In this document: in pieces, positions 18,793 to 28,643 of the stretch
Layout of the letters: every line of letters starts with the position of its first letter
How positions within the stretch are numbered: the stretch's first letter is position 1
Program-made: the position numbers and the translations under genes
Notes under the pieces: model-generated
The model's database searches: none
What the model saw: the letters and a program-made list of their open reading frames with translations, nothing else
What the model was told of the DNA's origin: nothing
Virus record (IMG/VR): IMGVR_UViG_3300028549_001457
Location: 214,786-278,785 of that record
Length of the DNA stretch: 64,000 bases
Reading direction: 5' to 3' (one strand)
Source of the DNA: a virus
Taxonomy: Duplodnaviria > Caudoviricetes

Positions 18793-21700
18793 ATGAGCGG
18801 TTCAATTGATCAAGGTATTGGTGTAGTAACTAGCGGTCAAGCTTATAGCACTGGGGCACTCTCCGCCTCCAGAACGTATACCCTTACATCTACTAACGCT
18901 GCAGGGCAGAGTGCAACTTCCCAGGTAACTGTGAATGTTGTCGCGGCTACCATTATTAATAGTTTTGTGGGGGCTACAACTGTAACTGCTGGAACTAGCA
19001 CCACGCTATCCTGGAATGTTTCTAATGCTACTTCTGTAAATATCTCCCCTACAGTAGGTGGGGTGATGGCGTCTGGTAGCACCTCAGTAACTCCCTCGGC
19101 TTCTCAGACATACACTCTTACAGCAACAAATGCAGCGGGGGATTCCACCACCTCTTCCCAAACAGTTACTGTAGTCCCAGCGCCAATCATCTCAAGTTTT
19201 ACTGGCCAGAAGACAATCACTGCTGGACTCTCGACAACTTTATCTTGGGTAGCTTCTAATGGAACTAGTTATTCTATTTCACCTACCGTTGGGTCTGTAG
19301 CTGCTTCTGGAACAACTGGGGCACTGTCTCCAGGGGCCTCTCAGACGTATACATTAACAGTAACTAACGCTGCAGGAACTTCCGTAACGGCTACGCAAAC
19401 GATCTATGTAGTAGCGGCACCTTCTATTACATCGTTCACGGCTTCTAATACAAATCCGTTATATGGTGCATCCGTTACAATTACACCAACGTTCTCAAAT
19501 GGATCCGGTAGTATTACCGGAGTGGGAGCTGTTGCAAGTGGCACCGCTTATGGGACGGGAGCTGTCACCTCTACGCTAGCGTATACTTTAACGGTGTCCA
19601 ATGGGGCCACAACCCCTGCGACTACAACCGCAGGGGTCTCAATCACACCCCAGACTGTATCGGTTTCAGCGATTTCTCCCGCAGCGCCTACAAAGTCTGT
19701 AAATACCCAGACTACATTTAGTTCCTCTGTAAGTGGAGCGATTAATTCCACAATCAACTGGACTTGCACAGGTGGATCTATCACATCCGGGGGTATATGG
19801 ACTGCACCAGCAACTCCTGGTAATTACACCATTACAGCAACATCTGCCGCTGATGGGTCTAAATTTACATCTACTGCAGTTAACTTAGTTGCCCTTCCAA
19901 TTGCTACTAGTTTAGTTCCAGCCACTTCTAATCCTCTATACGGAGCTACGGTAGACATTACTGCCACCTTCTCAGATGGGTCTGCTATCGTTGATAATGG
20001 CGTGGGCGGTATCGGTTCTTCACCCAAAGCTTTTACTACTTCAGCTATTACTTCAGCTCAAACCTATACTTTGACCGTAACAAATTTGGCTGGGGCTACG
20101 GCCACTACTTCTACAACTGTGATTCCCCAGACTGTGTCTGTTTCGGCTATTTCTCCAGCGGCTCCTACAAAGTCTATAAATACCCAGACTACATTTAGTT
20201 CCTCTGTAAGTGGAGCGCTTAATTCCACAATTAATTGGACTTGCACAGGAGGGTCCATTACCGCAGGAGGGGTTTGGACTGCTCCTGCAACTCCTGGAAA
20301 TTACACCATTACAGCAACATCTGCCGCTGATGCAACAAAGGTGGCAACTACATCTGTAACGTTAGTAGCTTTACCAACCATTTCTAATTTTGTAACTGCG
20401 CTAGCAAATATCACCACTGGGGATTCTACAACAATTACCCCCACATTTACAGGCACTTCTGCCAGGATTGGCACCACTGGGTCGGGTTCTTCGGATATTA
20501 ACCCTTCCGTGTCTAGTGGAACTGGTGTTCTAGTAACACCTAACTCCAATAAAACATACACATTAACCGTGTATAACACTGCGGGGGATTTTACTACTGC
20601 TAGTGTTGGTGTAAATGTATACGCCGTTCCCACAATTTCCCTAGTTCTAACGGAAGCTAGTGGAACTTCCAATGATGGTATTATTACAGAGGGTGCCTCG
20701 GTAACACTTACCCCCACGTTCACGGGTGGGACCGCTACCTTAGGAACTACCGGGTCCGGTTCATCTAATACGTCTGCAAGCTGCACTAGCGGTGTGGGGG
20801 TGGTCTCTACATTAGGTTCCTCACAGACTTATACCGCCACAGTTACAAATCCAGCGGGTAGGGTTGTAACAGCTACGGCCTCTGTCATTAGTTATGCCGC
20901 TCCTAGTATCTCCAGCTTTACAGTAGCTAGTAATCCCATTGATAGAGGCGCTATAGGGACACTGTCGTATGTGTTTGCAAACGGTGTCGGGGTCATTAAC
21001 AACGGGATTGGTTCGGTTGCCAGTGGCCTCACTTCGGATACTCCAGCTCTTACCGTGGGCACTACTTACACACTTACCGTCACCAACCCCGCTGGGACAT
21101 CAGCCCAGGCTACTGCAACGGTTAACGTAAATGCTGTTGCAGTCTCTCTAGCATCCCCAGGAAGTCCTGGCAACCAAACAACTTCTCGCTACAGAGCAAC
21201 AAGCTACGCAGTTCCCCACACGGGGGGTTCCTTATTAGGGACTCCAGGTAATCTCATAGATGCAAACCCTAGCTCATATACCACCGGGACTGCCAATCCC
21301 GCTGGACTGTATGGGATGCAGATTTATAATTTCCCCAGCATTTCAGATATAACCTCCTTATCAATCCCTTCTATAGCTTTTGCTGGTGGGTCTGGAGCAC
21401 TCTCTACCTCATGTTGGATTAGCCTAGATAATGGTGCAAGTTGGATATCGTCTCCTACCCTTGTCCCCAATGGGGCAGGGTTAACTTTGACCCCTGCTCA
21501 AGTCCAAACTCTCGGGAACTTGAGTAATCTACGCCTATCAATTCAATTTAACATATCGGCCAATGGGTTCTTTTGGGTTTCTGATTTCCCCGTGGACGTA
21601 ACCTACTTAAATGCTGCTAGCATTACGAAATCAGTTGGAAGTCAGGTTCAATACTACGCTACCGTTACAGGGGCTGTAAATACTGCAGTTACTTGGACAT

Positions 21701-23079
21701 GCTCAGGTGGCTCCATAACTTCTAGCGGGTTATATACCGCCCCAGCAACTATTGGGACATACACAGTTACTGCAACTAGCCAGTCAGATAATACCAAGTC
21801 ACGTACACATACCGTAACAACTGTTGCGATGCCAACTGCTTCACTAACTGCTTCTTCGAATCCAGTCCCCTATGGATCTGCAGCATTTCTAACTCCAACC
21901 TTTACTAATGGAGTGGGGGTTCTCAGTGGGTTTGGGACCGTTACGTCAGGCCAAGCTAACTTGAGCACGGGGGCTATGGTAGGGACTCCAAAATCCTATA
22001 CGCTAACAGTTACGAACGCTGCAGGCGACTCCGCTATAGCTTCTATTACCATTACTAATACTGAAGTAACACTTACCCCCATTACGGTTTCAAACGCTAT
22101 TACAACTGTAGGGACTATTGAACAATTCTATGCAACTGCGGCTGGGGCGGCTTTCAATCTCATTACTTGGACAGCATCTGGCCCAGGTGGGGGTGGGTCC
22201 TGGACGGGGAGTTCCTGGACGTCCCCTGGGACCCCCGGAACCTATACTATTACAGCAACTGCTCAAGCTGATGGGGTCACCTCTCGGAGCTTTACGGAAA
22301 CTGTGGTAGCTGCCGCCACCGCAAATCTAGTAGCTGATACCACAAACCCTCTTGTTGGAGCCACTGTAGCCCTAACTCCAACGTTCACGGGTGGGACTGC
22401 GATACTTGGGACTTCTGCAGGGTCCAATAATGTATCTGCGAGTGCTATCTCTGGTCAGGAGATCTTGGTATCCAGTGCTGCTAATACATACACGCTACGT
22501 GTGACCAATGCGGCGAGTGACTTTGTGGATAGCTCTGTTTTGGTAGCTCCACAGATAGTTGTAGTGAATACTCCATCGCAGGAGTTGGGATTTACATATC
22601 AGACCATTAACACCAGTAGAGCATATACCGCAGAAGTTACTGGGGCGGTAGACACCTCAGTTGCGTGGTCTACCACGGGGTCTGGTATTGGTATTTGGGA
22701 TTCTAACTATTGGACTTCTGAGGCAACAGGTGCCTTTACAATAACAGCAACGTCTGTGGTAGATCCCGCTAAGTCCAATTCAAGAGTTATACAAGTCTTA
22801 GCGGCCCCAAGCTTAAGTATTGAAGGGGACTCATCAGTACTTCATGGTGGCACTGTAGCTATCACTCCTACTTTCTCGGTAGACGGGGGTGCTGCTTCTG
22901 TGAGTTTAGATCACGGTATTGGGTTTGTAACTAATGGGCAGGCAATCCAAGTAACCCCCTCCGAAGACATTACTTATACATTAACGATAACCAATCTAGC
23001 AGGGGACACCTTTACCGTAAGTAAGCTTATTACTGTTGATATCCCTAAGTCGGGTAAAAAATCTGCAGCAGCAAGTTAA
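18793..23079 (+). CDS. Large Ser/Thr-rich Ig-like repeat protein (virion surface or fibre)
   Basis: 1428 aa of recurring TYTLTVTNAAG, TPTF.NG and W.C.GGSIT..G..TAPA repeats. Confidence 0.8.
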   Translation: MSGSIDQGIGVVTSGQAYSTGALSASRTYTLTSTNAAGQSATSQVTVNVVAATIINSFVGATTVTAGTSTTLSWNVSNATSVNISPTVGGVMASGSTSVTPSASQTYTLTATNAAGDSTTSSQTVTVVPAPIISSFTGQKTITAGLSTTLSWVASNGTSYSISPTVGSVAASGTTGALSPGASQTYTLTVTNAAGTSVTATQTIYVVAAPSITSFTASNTNPLYGASVTITPTFSNGSGSITGVGAVASGTAYGTGAVTSTLAYTLTVSNGATTPATTTAGVSITPQTVSVSAISPAAPTKSVNTQTTFSSSVSGAINSTINWTCTGGSITSGGIWTAPATPGNYTITATSAADGSKFTSTAVNLVALPIATSLVPATSNPLYGATVDITATFSDGSAIVDNGVGGIGSSPKAFTTSAITSAQTYTLTVTNLAGATATTSTTVIPQTVSVSAISPAAPTKSINTQTTFSSSVSGALNSTINWTCTGGSITAGGVWTAPATPGNYTITATSAADATKVATTSVTLVALPTISNFVTALANITTGDSTTITPTFTGTSARIGTTGSGSSDINPSVSSGTGVLVTPNSNKTYTLTVYNTAGDFTTASVGVNVYAVPTISLVLTEASGTSNDGIITEGASVTLTPTFTGGTATLGTTGSGSSNTSASCTSGVGVVSTLGSSQTYTATVTNPAGRVVTATASVISYAAPSISSFTVASNPIDRGAIGTLSYVFANGVGVINNGIGSVASGLTSDTPALTVGTTYTLTVTNPAGTSAQATATVNVNAVAVSLASPGSPGNQTTSRYRATSYAVPHTGGSLLGTPGNLIDANPSSYTTGTANPAGLYGMQIYNFPSISDITSLSIPSIAFAGGSGALSTSCWISLDNGASWISSPTLVPNGAGLTLTPAQVQTLGNLSNLRLSIQFNISANGFFWVSDFPVDVTYLNAASITKSVGSQVQYYATVTGAVNTAVTWTCSGGSITSSGLYTAPATIGTYTVTATSQSDNTKSRTHTVTTVAMPTASLTASSNPVPYGSAAFLTPTFTNGVGVLSGFGTVTSGQANLSTGAMVGTPKSYTLTVTNAAGDSAIASITITNTEVTLTPITVSNAITTVGTIEQFYATAAGAAFNLITWTASGPGGGGSWTGSSWTSPGTPGTYTITATAQADGVTSRSFTETVVAAATANLVADTTNPLVGATVALTPTFTGGTAILGTSAGSNNVSASAISGQEILVSSAANTYTLRVTNAASDFVDSSVLVAPQIVVVNTPSQELGFTYQTINTSRAYTAEVTGAVDTSVAWSTTGSGIGIWDSNYWTSEATGAFTITATSVVDPAKSNSRVIQVLAAPSLSIEGDSSVLHGGTVAITPTFSVDGGAASVSLDHGIGFVTNGQAIQVTPSEDITYTLTITNLAGDTFTVSKLITVDIPKSGKKSAAAS
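19648..20332 (+). repeat. Internal 208-bp direct repeat (19648-19855 and 20125-20332) in the Ig-repeat gene
   Basis: PQTVSVSAISPAAPTKS.NTQTTFSSSVSGA.NSTINWTCTGGSIT...TATSAAD is duplicated at an offset of 477 nt with high DNA identity. Confidence 0.85.
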
Positions 23080-23098
23080 TCATAGAAATAGCATAGTC

Positions 23099-23134
23099 TA
23101 AAAGAAAGAGGTCTTCTATGGCCTCTTTCTTTTA
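23099..23134. terminator. Intrinsic terminator-like hairpin (possibly bidirectional)
   Basis: Perfect 13-bp inverted repeat TAAAAGAAAGAGG / CCTCTTTCTTTTA with a 10-nt loop, just after the 23079 stop. Confidence 0.75.
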
Positions 23135-23150
23135 GTAGGTGGTCTAACCT

Positions 23151-25631
23151 ATGGCAACAATATATATCCCAACCACAGTTAACTCACGCAGTATCTCTGC
23201 CCCTCCAGAGACTCCTGTTCGTGGCTCTAGATACATCGTTGCTGAAAACCCTAGTGGGGTTTGGGCATCCCACGCCATGCAAATAACCACCTGGGATGGC
23301 AGTAGGTGGAAATTTATCATCCCAACAATAGGTGTCTCAACTTGGGTGCTTGATGAGGCTCTTGAAGTCACGTTTGATGGATCTTTATGGAAAACCTCTG
23401 CGGATATAAACTCTGCTATATTTGACGAATCTTCTATAACTACCACATGCTTCCCCACATGGGTGCTTGGGAGTGGTCCCCAGGCGATTAGTATATCATC
23501 GTCAAAGTTGTCCTTTACCCCAAATACGGGCAACTTAGCCTCTAGTGTCTTTACAGGATCGGGGGCTGGGCTCACTGAGATCCCCAATGGTGCGCTAGTG
23601 AACTCATCCTTGCGCCTAGGGACGTCCATAGTAGCGTTGGGAGAAGAAACTCTCTCGCTGGCAGGCTTGGTGTCTATTGCAGCTACAACTTTTTTAGGGG
23701 CACTTTCCGGGAATGCTTCATCAGCCACGGTAGCTACTAACCTAGCGGGGGGCAACTCGGGGTATATCCCATATCAAACTGGGGTGGGAGGGACTAGTTT
23801 TATCCCGTCAGGGGTTGGGGTGCTAGTTGGGGGTGCGGTTCCAAGCTTCACACAAACCCCCTCTTTACAGGGGTTGCATTTCTCAGGGATTCCAGGGTCC
23901 GCTATTTCTAGTAGCGTAAGCTCTGCCATTGCCACAGGTATTACTGATTCTAATGAGTCATTCAATACGGTTTACCCAACATGGGTTTCTGAGGCTAATG
24001 GGGAATCCTCCCATAAGGTATCTAGCTCCAAACTTACATTTATCCCTGCTACTGGAGTGTTATACGCAACAGGTTTTAGTGGCTCAGGGGCGCTTCTAAC
24101 AGATTTGCCGAATGGGTCCCTAAGCAACTCAAGTATTATGATAGGCTCTACCAGTATTTCTTTAGGTGAATCCACGAGTAGCCTGTCTAATTTAACCTCT
24201 GTTAGTGCGTCTACATTTGTTGGAAATTTATCGGGAACGGCTTCTGCTGCTACCTCCACTATTAACTTAAGTGGGGGTAGCCCTGGAGCTGTTCCATTCC
24301 AAAGTTCCGAGGGGATTACTTCATTTGCATCAGGCGCAGGGGTCCTAGTAGGTGGACTTGCCCCTAGTTTTTCAACGTCTCCAGCTATTCAAGGGTTCCA
24401 CATTACGGATATTCCCGGTTCAGCTATTTCTAGCGCAGTTGCTTCTGCGGATACTGCCACTAAGTTAGTTATCTCCAGCGATACTTGGACGAGCACTCCT
24501 GTTTACCCTATCTGGGCGGGGGCTATTGGGGAGGCTCCTTTACGAGCAACCGAGTCATCTTTATCGTTTATACCTTCAACAGGGGTGCTCTCAGCTATAC
24601 AATTTGAGGGGTCAGGGGCTGGTTTATCGGGTATCCCTAATAGTTCTCTTGTGAATTCCACTGTTAGTATTGGAACCACTACGTTATCTCTTGGGGGCTC
24701 CGTAGATACTCTTGAAGGATTGACGTCTGTGGCTGCTACCACCTTCGTTGGGGATCTTACCGGGAATGCCGCTACTGTATCTACAAACGCTAATTTATTA
24801 GGTGATGTATCCTCACTGGGTAATGTCACACAGATAGGGGTTAATAAAGTCACCCTGCCTCATTTAGCTTTGGTGGGAAGTGCTACATTTTTGGGGAGGT
24901 CTTCTGAGTCTACTGGAAATGTTGAAGAGCTATCCGCAACTCAAGCAACTTCTCTATTAAACGTTTTTGGGACTTCAAAGGGCCTCGTTCCGGGGGTCAC
25001 ACCTAATGCGTCTCAATTTTTATGTGCGGATGGGACTTTCTCAACTCCAACGGGGACGGGTGTTGCATCTATTTCAGCTACGCTCCCGATTCTTTCAAGT
25101 GGCGGGACTTCCCCTGTAATCTCAATACCCGCCGCAATAAGTGGGGTGGATGGGTATATGTCAGGGGACCAAGCAAGTAAGCTTGCCCTTTTAGAGGCCC
25201 ACCCTTTAACGCACCCACCCTCCATAATTGAGCAGGACTCTCTAAATAGGTTTGTGACTGATGCTGAAAAGACTTCCTGGAATACCCAACAGTTTAGATT
25301 TAAATGGTTTTTTGAAACACCCCTAACTGTTGTAGATCGTCAGCCTGTCTATTTAATAGAAGTCGCATCTACGCTTAAAACTATTAAGTTATTTAGAAAT
25401 AGTCTAACTATATTATCTGGTGTAGCTCAGTTAGCTATCTATAAGAATAGCGAAACCACAGCTTTGTATACCTTAAACTTGGATGACACCCTTCCAGGCA
25501 ACTCCTGGGTTACACTTTTCTCAAATCTATCAGAGACTCTTCAGGCAGATGACTTTCTTCAAATAAAAGTTATCGAGGGGAACCCAACATTTGAAAACCT
25601 AACTTTTCAACTTAATATTGACTCAAATTGA
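23151..25631 (+). CDS. Long fibre protein: DUF2793-like N-terminus, three tandem internal repeats, C-terminus shared with 15669
   Basis: Three units of (F/Y)PTW...LSF.P.TG.L....F.GSGA.L..IPN..L.NS....G.....LG......L.S..A.TF.G.L.G.A; C-terminal FKWFFETPLTVVDRQPVY. Confidence 0.7.
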   Translation: MATIYIPTTVNSRSISAPPETPVRGSRYIVAENPSGVWASHAMQITTWDGSRWKFIIPTIGVSTWVLDEALEVTFDGSLWKTSADINSAIFDESSITTTCFPTWVLGSGPQAISISSSKLSFTPNTGNLASSVFTGSGAGLTEIPNGALVNSSLRLGTSIVALGEETLSLAGLVSIAATTFLGALSGNASSATVATNLAGGNSGYIPYQTGVGGTSFIPSGVGVLVGGAVPSFTQTPSLQGLHFSGIPGSAISSSVSSAIATGITDSNESFNTVYPTWVSEANGESSHKVSSSKLTFIPATGVLYATGFSGSGALLTDLPNGSLSNSSIMIGSTSISLGESTSSLSNLTSVSASTFVGNLSGTASAATSTINLSGGSPGAVPFQSSEGITSFASGAGVLVGGLAPSFSTSPAIQGFHITDIPGSAISSAVASADTATKLVISSDTWTSTPVYPIWAGAIGEAPLRATESSLSFIPSTGVLSAIQFEGSGAGLSGIPNSSLVNSTVSIGTTTLSLGGSVDTLEGLTSVAATTFVGDLTGNAATVSTNANLLGDVSSLGNVTQIGVNKVTLPHLALVGSATFLGRSSESTGNVEELSATQATSLLNVFGTSKGLVPGVTPNASQFLCADGTFSTPTGTGVASISATLPILSSGGTSPVISIPAAISGVDGYMSGDQASKLALLEAHPLTHPPSIIEQDSLNRFVTDAEKTSWNTQQFRFKWFFETPLTVVDRQPVYLIEVASTLKTIKLFRNSLTILSGVAQLAIYKNSETTALYTLNLDDTLPGNSWVTLFSNLSETLQADDFLQIKVIEGNPTFENLTFQLNIDSN

Positions 25632-25727
25632 TGTAAACCGCATAATAACGTAGATACACGCAGTTCATACCAGAAAACATGGTTGTATTCCTTTTGGTGA
25701 GATGTAGTTCTTAGCTGAGGATTCGTT

Positions 25728-28028
25728 TTGATATATTCCGCTGGGCTTTTTAGACATACTGCGGCATCTACTAAGGTTTATGATCGCACAAGACCCAACC
25801 TAGATTTGGTTAGGAAACTTTTAGACCAAATTGAGCATACGTCCCTACACCCTCAGGTAGGGGCTCTAAAGGCTACCCTACAGGATTTCGTATCCGGTGC
25901 TCCAGCTAGGATGCTTGTTTTAGCTAAGGATTCTGGGGGTAAACTTCTTGGTGCGTTAACATATGTTGATGCCAAAGATGAGCAAGAAATAAAAAGCTTG
26001 GGGGTAGTTTCTGGGGATGCTACGGCCCGGTCTTTGATCAGGACCCTCAACCACCAAAAGACTCTCACGGTGTCCGCGCAAACGGCTGACCATGAATTAT
26101 ATGACCAAATGGGGTTCCAACATAGCGAGGAGCTTGAGGATGGAGAACCTTCCTTGATGGTAAAATTACCCCCAGGGCATCAAGCCTCCACGATTCTATC
26201 AAAGGCGAGGGAATTCGCAGCAAAAGCTCATGAAAATGCTGGACAACTACGGAAATATACGAATGAACCCTATATTATACATCCTGAGGGGGTTGTAAAG
26301 ATTCTTCAGGAAAATGGGGTGCTCTCTCCTAATGTATTGGCTGCTGCCTATCTACATGATACCGTTGAGGATACAGCGGTTACTTTGGAAGACATTAAGC
26401 AGGAATTCGGGGATGAGATTGCCGGGTTAGTTGCCATGCTTACGGATGTGGCAAAACCTGAGGATGGGAACCGTGCCGTTAGGATGTCTATTAATAAAGA
26501 CCATGCTGCTCAGGCATCTCCAGATGGTCAAAATATTAAACTAGCAGATTTAATCCATAATGTTCGAGACATAGCTACGAATGACCCGAAGTTTGCAGCC
26601 AGGGTCTACTTACCCGAAAAAGAGGCTGTCTTAAATGTATTAACCAATGCAGACCCAAAGTTGATAGCCCTGGCTTGGGAAGAACTCAATAAGGCAAAAG
26701 AAATGTCTTCGCATAAAAAAGCATTTAAATTAACCGAGTCCCACGCCTCAACTATTTTTTTTCATGGGACTGACTCAGAATCTTCCGCTCAGAGCATCAT
26801 TCAAAATGGTATCCAACCCAGGGATGTTGTGAACCCAGAGTATCGTGGACGCGGGTGGATGGCCCCTCCTAAGGGTAGGGTCTACATTACGCCAAGTCTT
26901 GGGTATGCAGCTATCTATGCTCTAGGTGGGGATATATTCGGGTCCTCAAGCATTACTAATTTTGTGGCTAACAAAGACCCCCATGGGTTCATATTTGAAG
27001 TGTCGGGGAAGGATCTTGCCGGGGATGTCCAGCCAGATGAGGATTATATTGGGAGAACCCTTTGGGTTGCTTGGACATATTCAGATGCATTGAAAAGATT
27101 AGCTAATATTGAAAATGGGTCCCAACCAAGGTCTGGGAGTGAGTTGGATAATCTTAAAGATCGTGTGGATGAAATGGGTAGGGAACCCATTAATAACCCA
27201 GTTAATGAGTCGATTCGTCTTGAACTACTCGCCCTAGCCAAGAATAAGTTGACGGATGGGCAAATCAAACGAGTGAGGCATGGTGAATATGCTGAATGGG
27301 CGAGATCCGGTAAGAAACTACAAAAAGTCTTGCCAGATTCAATCACTCAAGCAATGCTAGCCTGGGGTGCCCACGTAAGCCATTCAGGGACCGTTATGCC
27401 TACAAGGGCTTGGAAATTTAAGAAAGAAGATGCAATGTCAATAAAATCCGGGGCTGAGATCATGCAAATTTGCACTGAGGTATCGTTAAAACCTAAGATG
27501 AATGTGGCATCCAGAATCCTCACTGCTCATTTTAAGCGTAAGGTAGCTACGGATATGTCCCAACTTTTTTGTCCAAACCCAGATTGTGCTGACTTTGAAA
27601 AGGTTGACCATGGTAATCTCTCGCAGGAGTTTGCCTATGGAGTCAATTCAGATAGACATATGATTTACTGTTCAACCTGTAAAACTCGCTTTTCCGAGAC
27701 CAAATGCACTGAATTCTTTGGGGCCAAGCTATCTGGAGAAGAAATTGGAGATATCTTAGATAAGACAGTTGAAGGCAAAAGTATTCGGGATATTGCTGAC
27801 GAGCTTGACCTAAATAAGGATTCTGTTAACAATGTTCTACTTAAGGCTAAGGAAATCTGTGAAGACTACATTGGGAATAAAGAAAATACCAAGGTGACCA
27901 CGGAGATAATGACTGATATGAAGCTTCCCAAGAGCCAGAAAAGCAGTGTGAGAGAGTTCATTGATGAGATTGTTATTCCTGGTATTCATGACGAAAAATC
28001 CGACGATAAAAAAGACTCCGAAGCATAG
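25728..28028 (+). CDS. Polyvalent protein: GNAT-like, HD (RelA/SpoT-hydrolase/Mesh1-like), ART-like and InsA-like Zn-ribbon/HTH domains
   Basis: TTG start with RBS GAGGA. HD: FAAKAH..QLRKYTNEPYIIHP..AAYLHDTVEDT..KLADLIHN. ART-like: FFHGT..IIQNGI..VYITPSLGYAAIYA. C-terminus: CPNPDC..YCSTCKTRFSET..GKSIRDIADELDLNKDSV. Confidence 0.75.
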   Translation: MIYSAGLFRHTAASTKVYDRTRPNLDLVRKLLDQIEHTSLHPQVGALKATLQDFVSGAPARMLVLAKDSGGKLLGALTYVDAKDEQEIKSLGVVSGDATARSLIRTLNHQKTLTVSAQTADHELYDQMGFQHSEELEDGEPSLMVKLPPGHQASTILSKAREFAAKAHENAGQLRKYTNEPYIIHPEGVVKILQENGVLSPNVLAAAYLHDTVEDTAVTLEDIKQEFGDEIAGLVAMLTDVAKPEDGNRAVRMSINKDHAAQASPDGQNIKLADLIHNVRDIATNDPKFAARVYLPEKEAVLNVLTNADPKLIALAWEELNKAKEMSSHKKAFKLTESHASTIFFHGTDSESSAQSIIQNGIQPRDVVNPEYRGRGWMAPPKGRVYITPSLGYAAIYALGGDIFGSSSITNFVANKDPHGFIFEVSGKDLAGDVQPDEDYIGRTLWVAWTYSDALKRLANIENGSQPRSGSELDNLKDRVDEMGREPINNPVNESIRLELLALAKNKLTDGQIKRVRHGEYAEWARSGKKLQKVLPDSITQAMLAWGAHVSHSGTVMPTRAWKFKKEDAMSIKSGAEIMQICTEVSLKPKMNVASRILTAHFKRKVATDMSQLFCPNPDCADFEKVDHGNLSQEFAYGVNSDRHMIYCSTCKTRFSETKCTEFFGAKLSGEEIGDILDKTVEGKSIRDIADELDLNKDSVNNVLLKAKEICEDYIGNKENTKVTTEIMTDMKLPKSQKSSVREFIDEIVIPGIHDEKSDDKKDSEA

Positions 28029-28070
28029 CTTCATGTATCTAGTTTGCAACCTTTTGGTAAGGTTCCACCC

Positions 28071-28643
28071 ATGCGAGTTATGACCCCCTCTCAGCATAAA
28101 ACTGCCCTCCGCCATTTTGCGGATAGGGATTCCTCACGAGTTTTGTTTGATACGGAGTGGTTGCAACTCAAAGAAGTTGATGGGTATGTGTATAGCCACG
28201 AAATTAGGTGTAATGGGAGTATTGTAGTAGTGCTTCCATACCGTAGAGTTGGGAAGGACGCATGGGAGTTTCTTTTACGAGACGAAGTTACCCCTTGTTG
28301 GGGGGGTGATAAACCAACCAGAAGTGCTATCACAGGTGGCGTAGAAAACGGAGAACCCCTTGAGGATGCTGTTAGAGAACTAAAAGAGGAGGCTGGGTAT
28401 ACCATAGCTCCAGATAAGTTCGAATTTTTAGGGAAATGTCGAGGGACAAAATCTTCAGATACATACTACTTCTTGTATGCGGTTGATCTTGCAGGGCAGA
28501 CCCCTACGAAGGCTCTTGGAGATGGGTCAAAGGGAGATCTAGCCCCCGCTGTTTGGGTGTATGGGTCTGATGTTTGTGCCCTTGAGGATGCTCAGGCCAT
28601 TACCGCATATAGTAAAGCTCGGCTTAAACTAGGGATCTACTGA
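28071..28643 (+). CDS. Nudix hydrolase
   Basis: Nudix box GGVENGEPLEDAVRELKEEAGY. ATG 28071 preferred over the upstream TTG at 28044. Confidence 0.85.
   Translation: MRVMTPSQHKTALRHFADRDSSRVLFDTEWLQLKEVDGYVYSHEIRCNGSIVVVLPYRRVGKDAWEFLLRDEVTPCWGGDKPTRSAITGGVENGEPLEDAVRELKEEAGYTIAPDKFEFLGKCRGTKSSDTYYFLYAVDLAGQTPTKALGDGSKGDLAPAVWVYGSDVCALEDAQAITAYSKARLKLGIY

Noticed and set aside
18843-25225. Numerous minus-strand ORFs over the Ig-repeat and fibre genes, and similar antisense ORFs elsewhere
   Set aside because: They are antisense shadows of Thr/Ser/Gly-rich coding sequence with no RBS or motifs. Only 38172-39044 and 51845-52246 are accepted on the minus strand.
27570-27900. IS1-family insertion sequence
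   Set aside because: Only the InsA-like Zn-ribbon/HTH is present, fused in frame; no DDE transposase, terminal inverted repeats or target duplication were seen.
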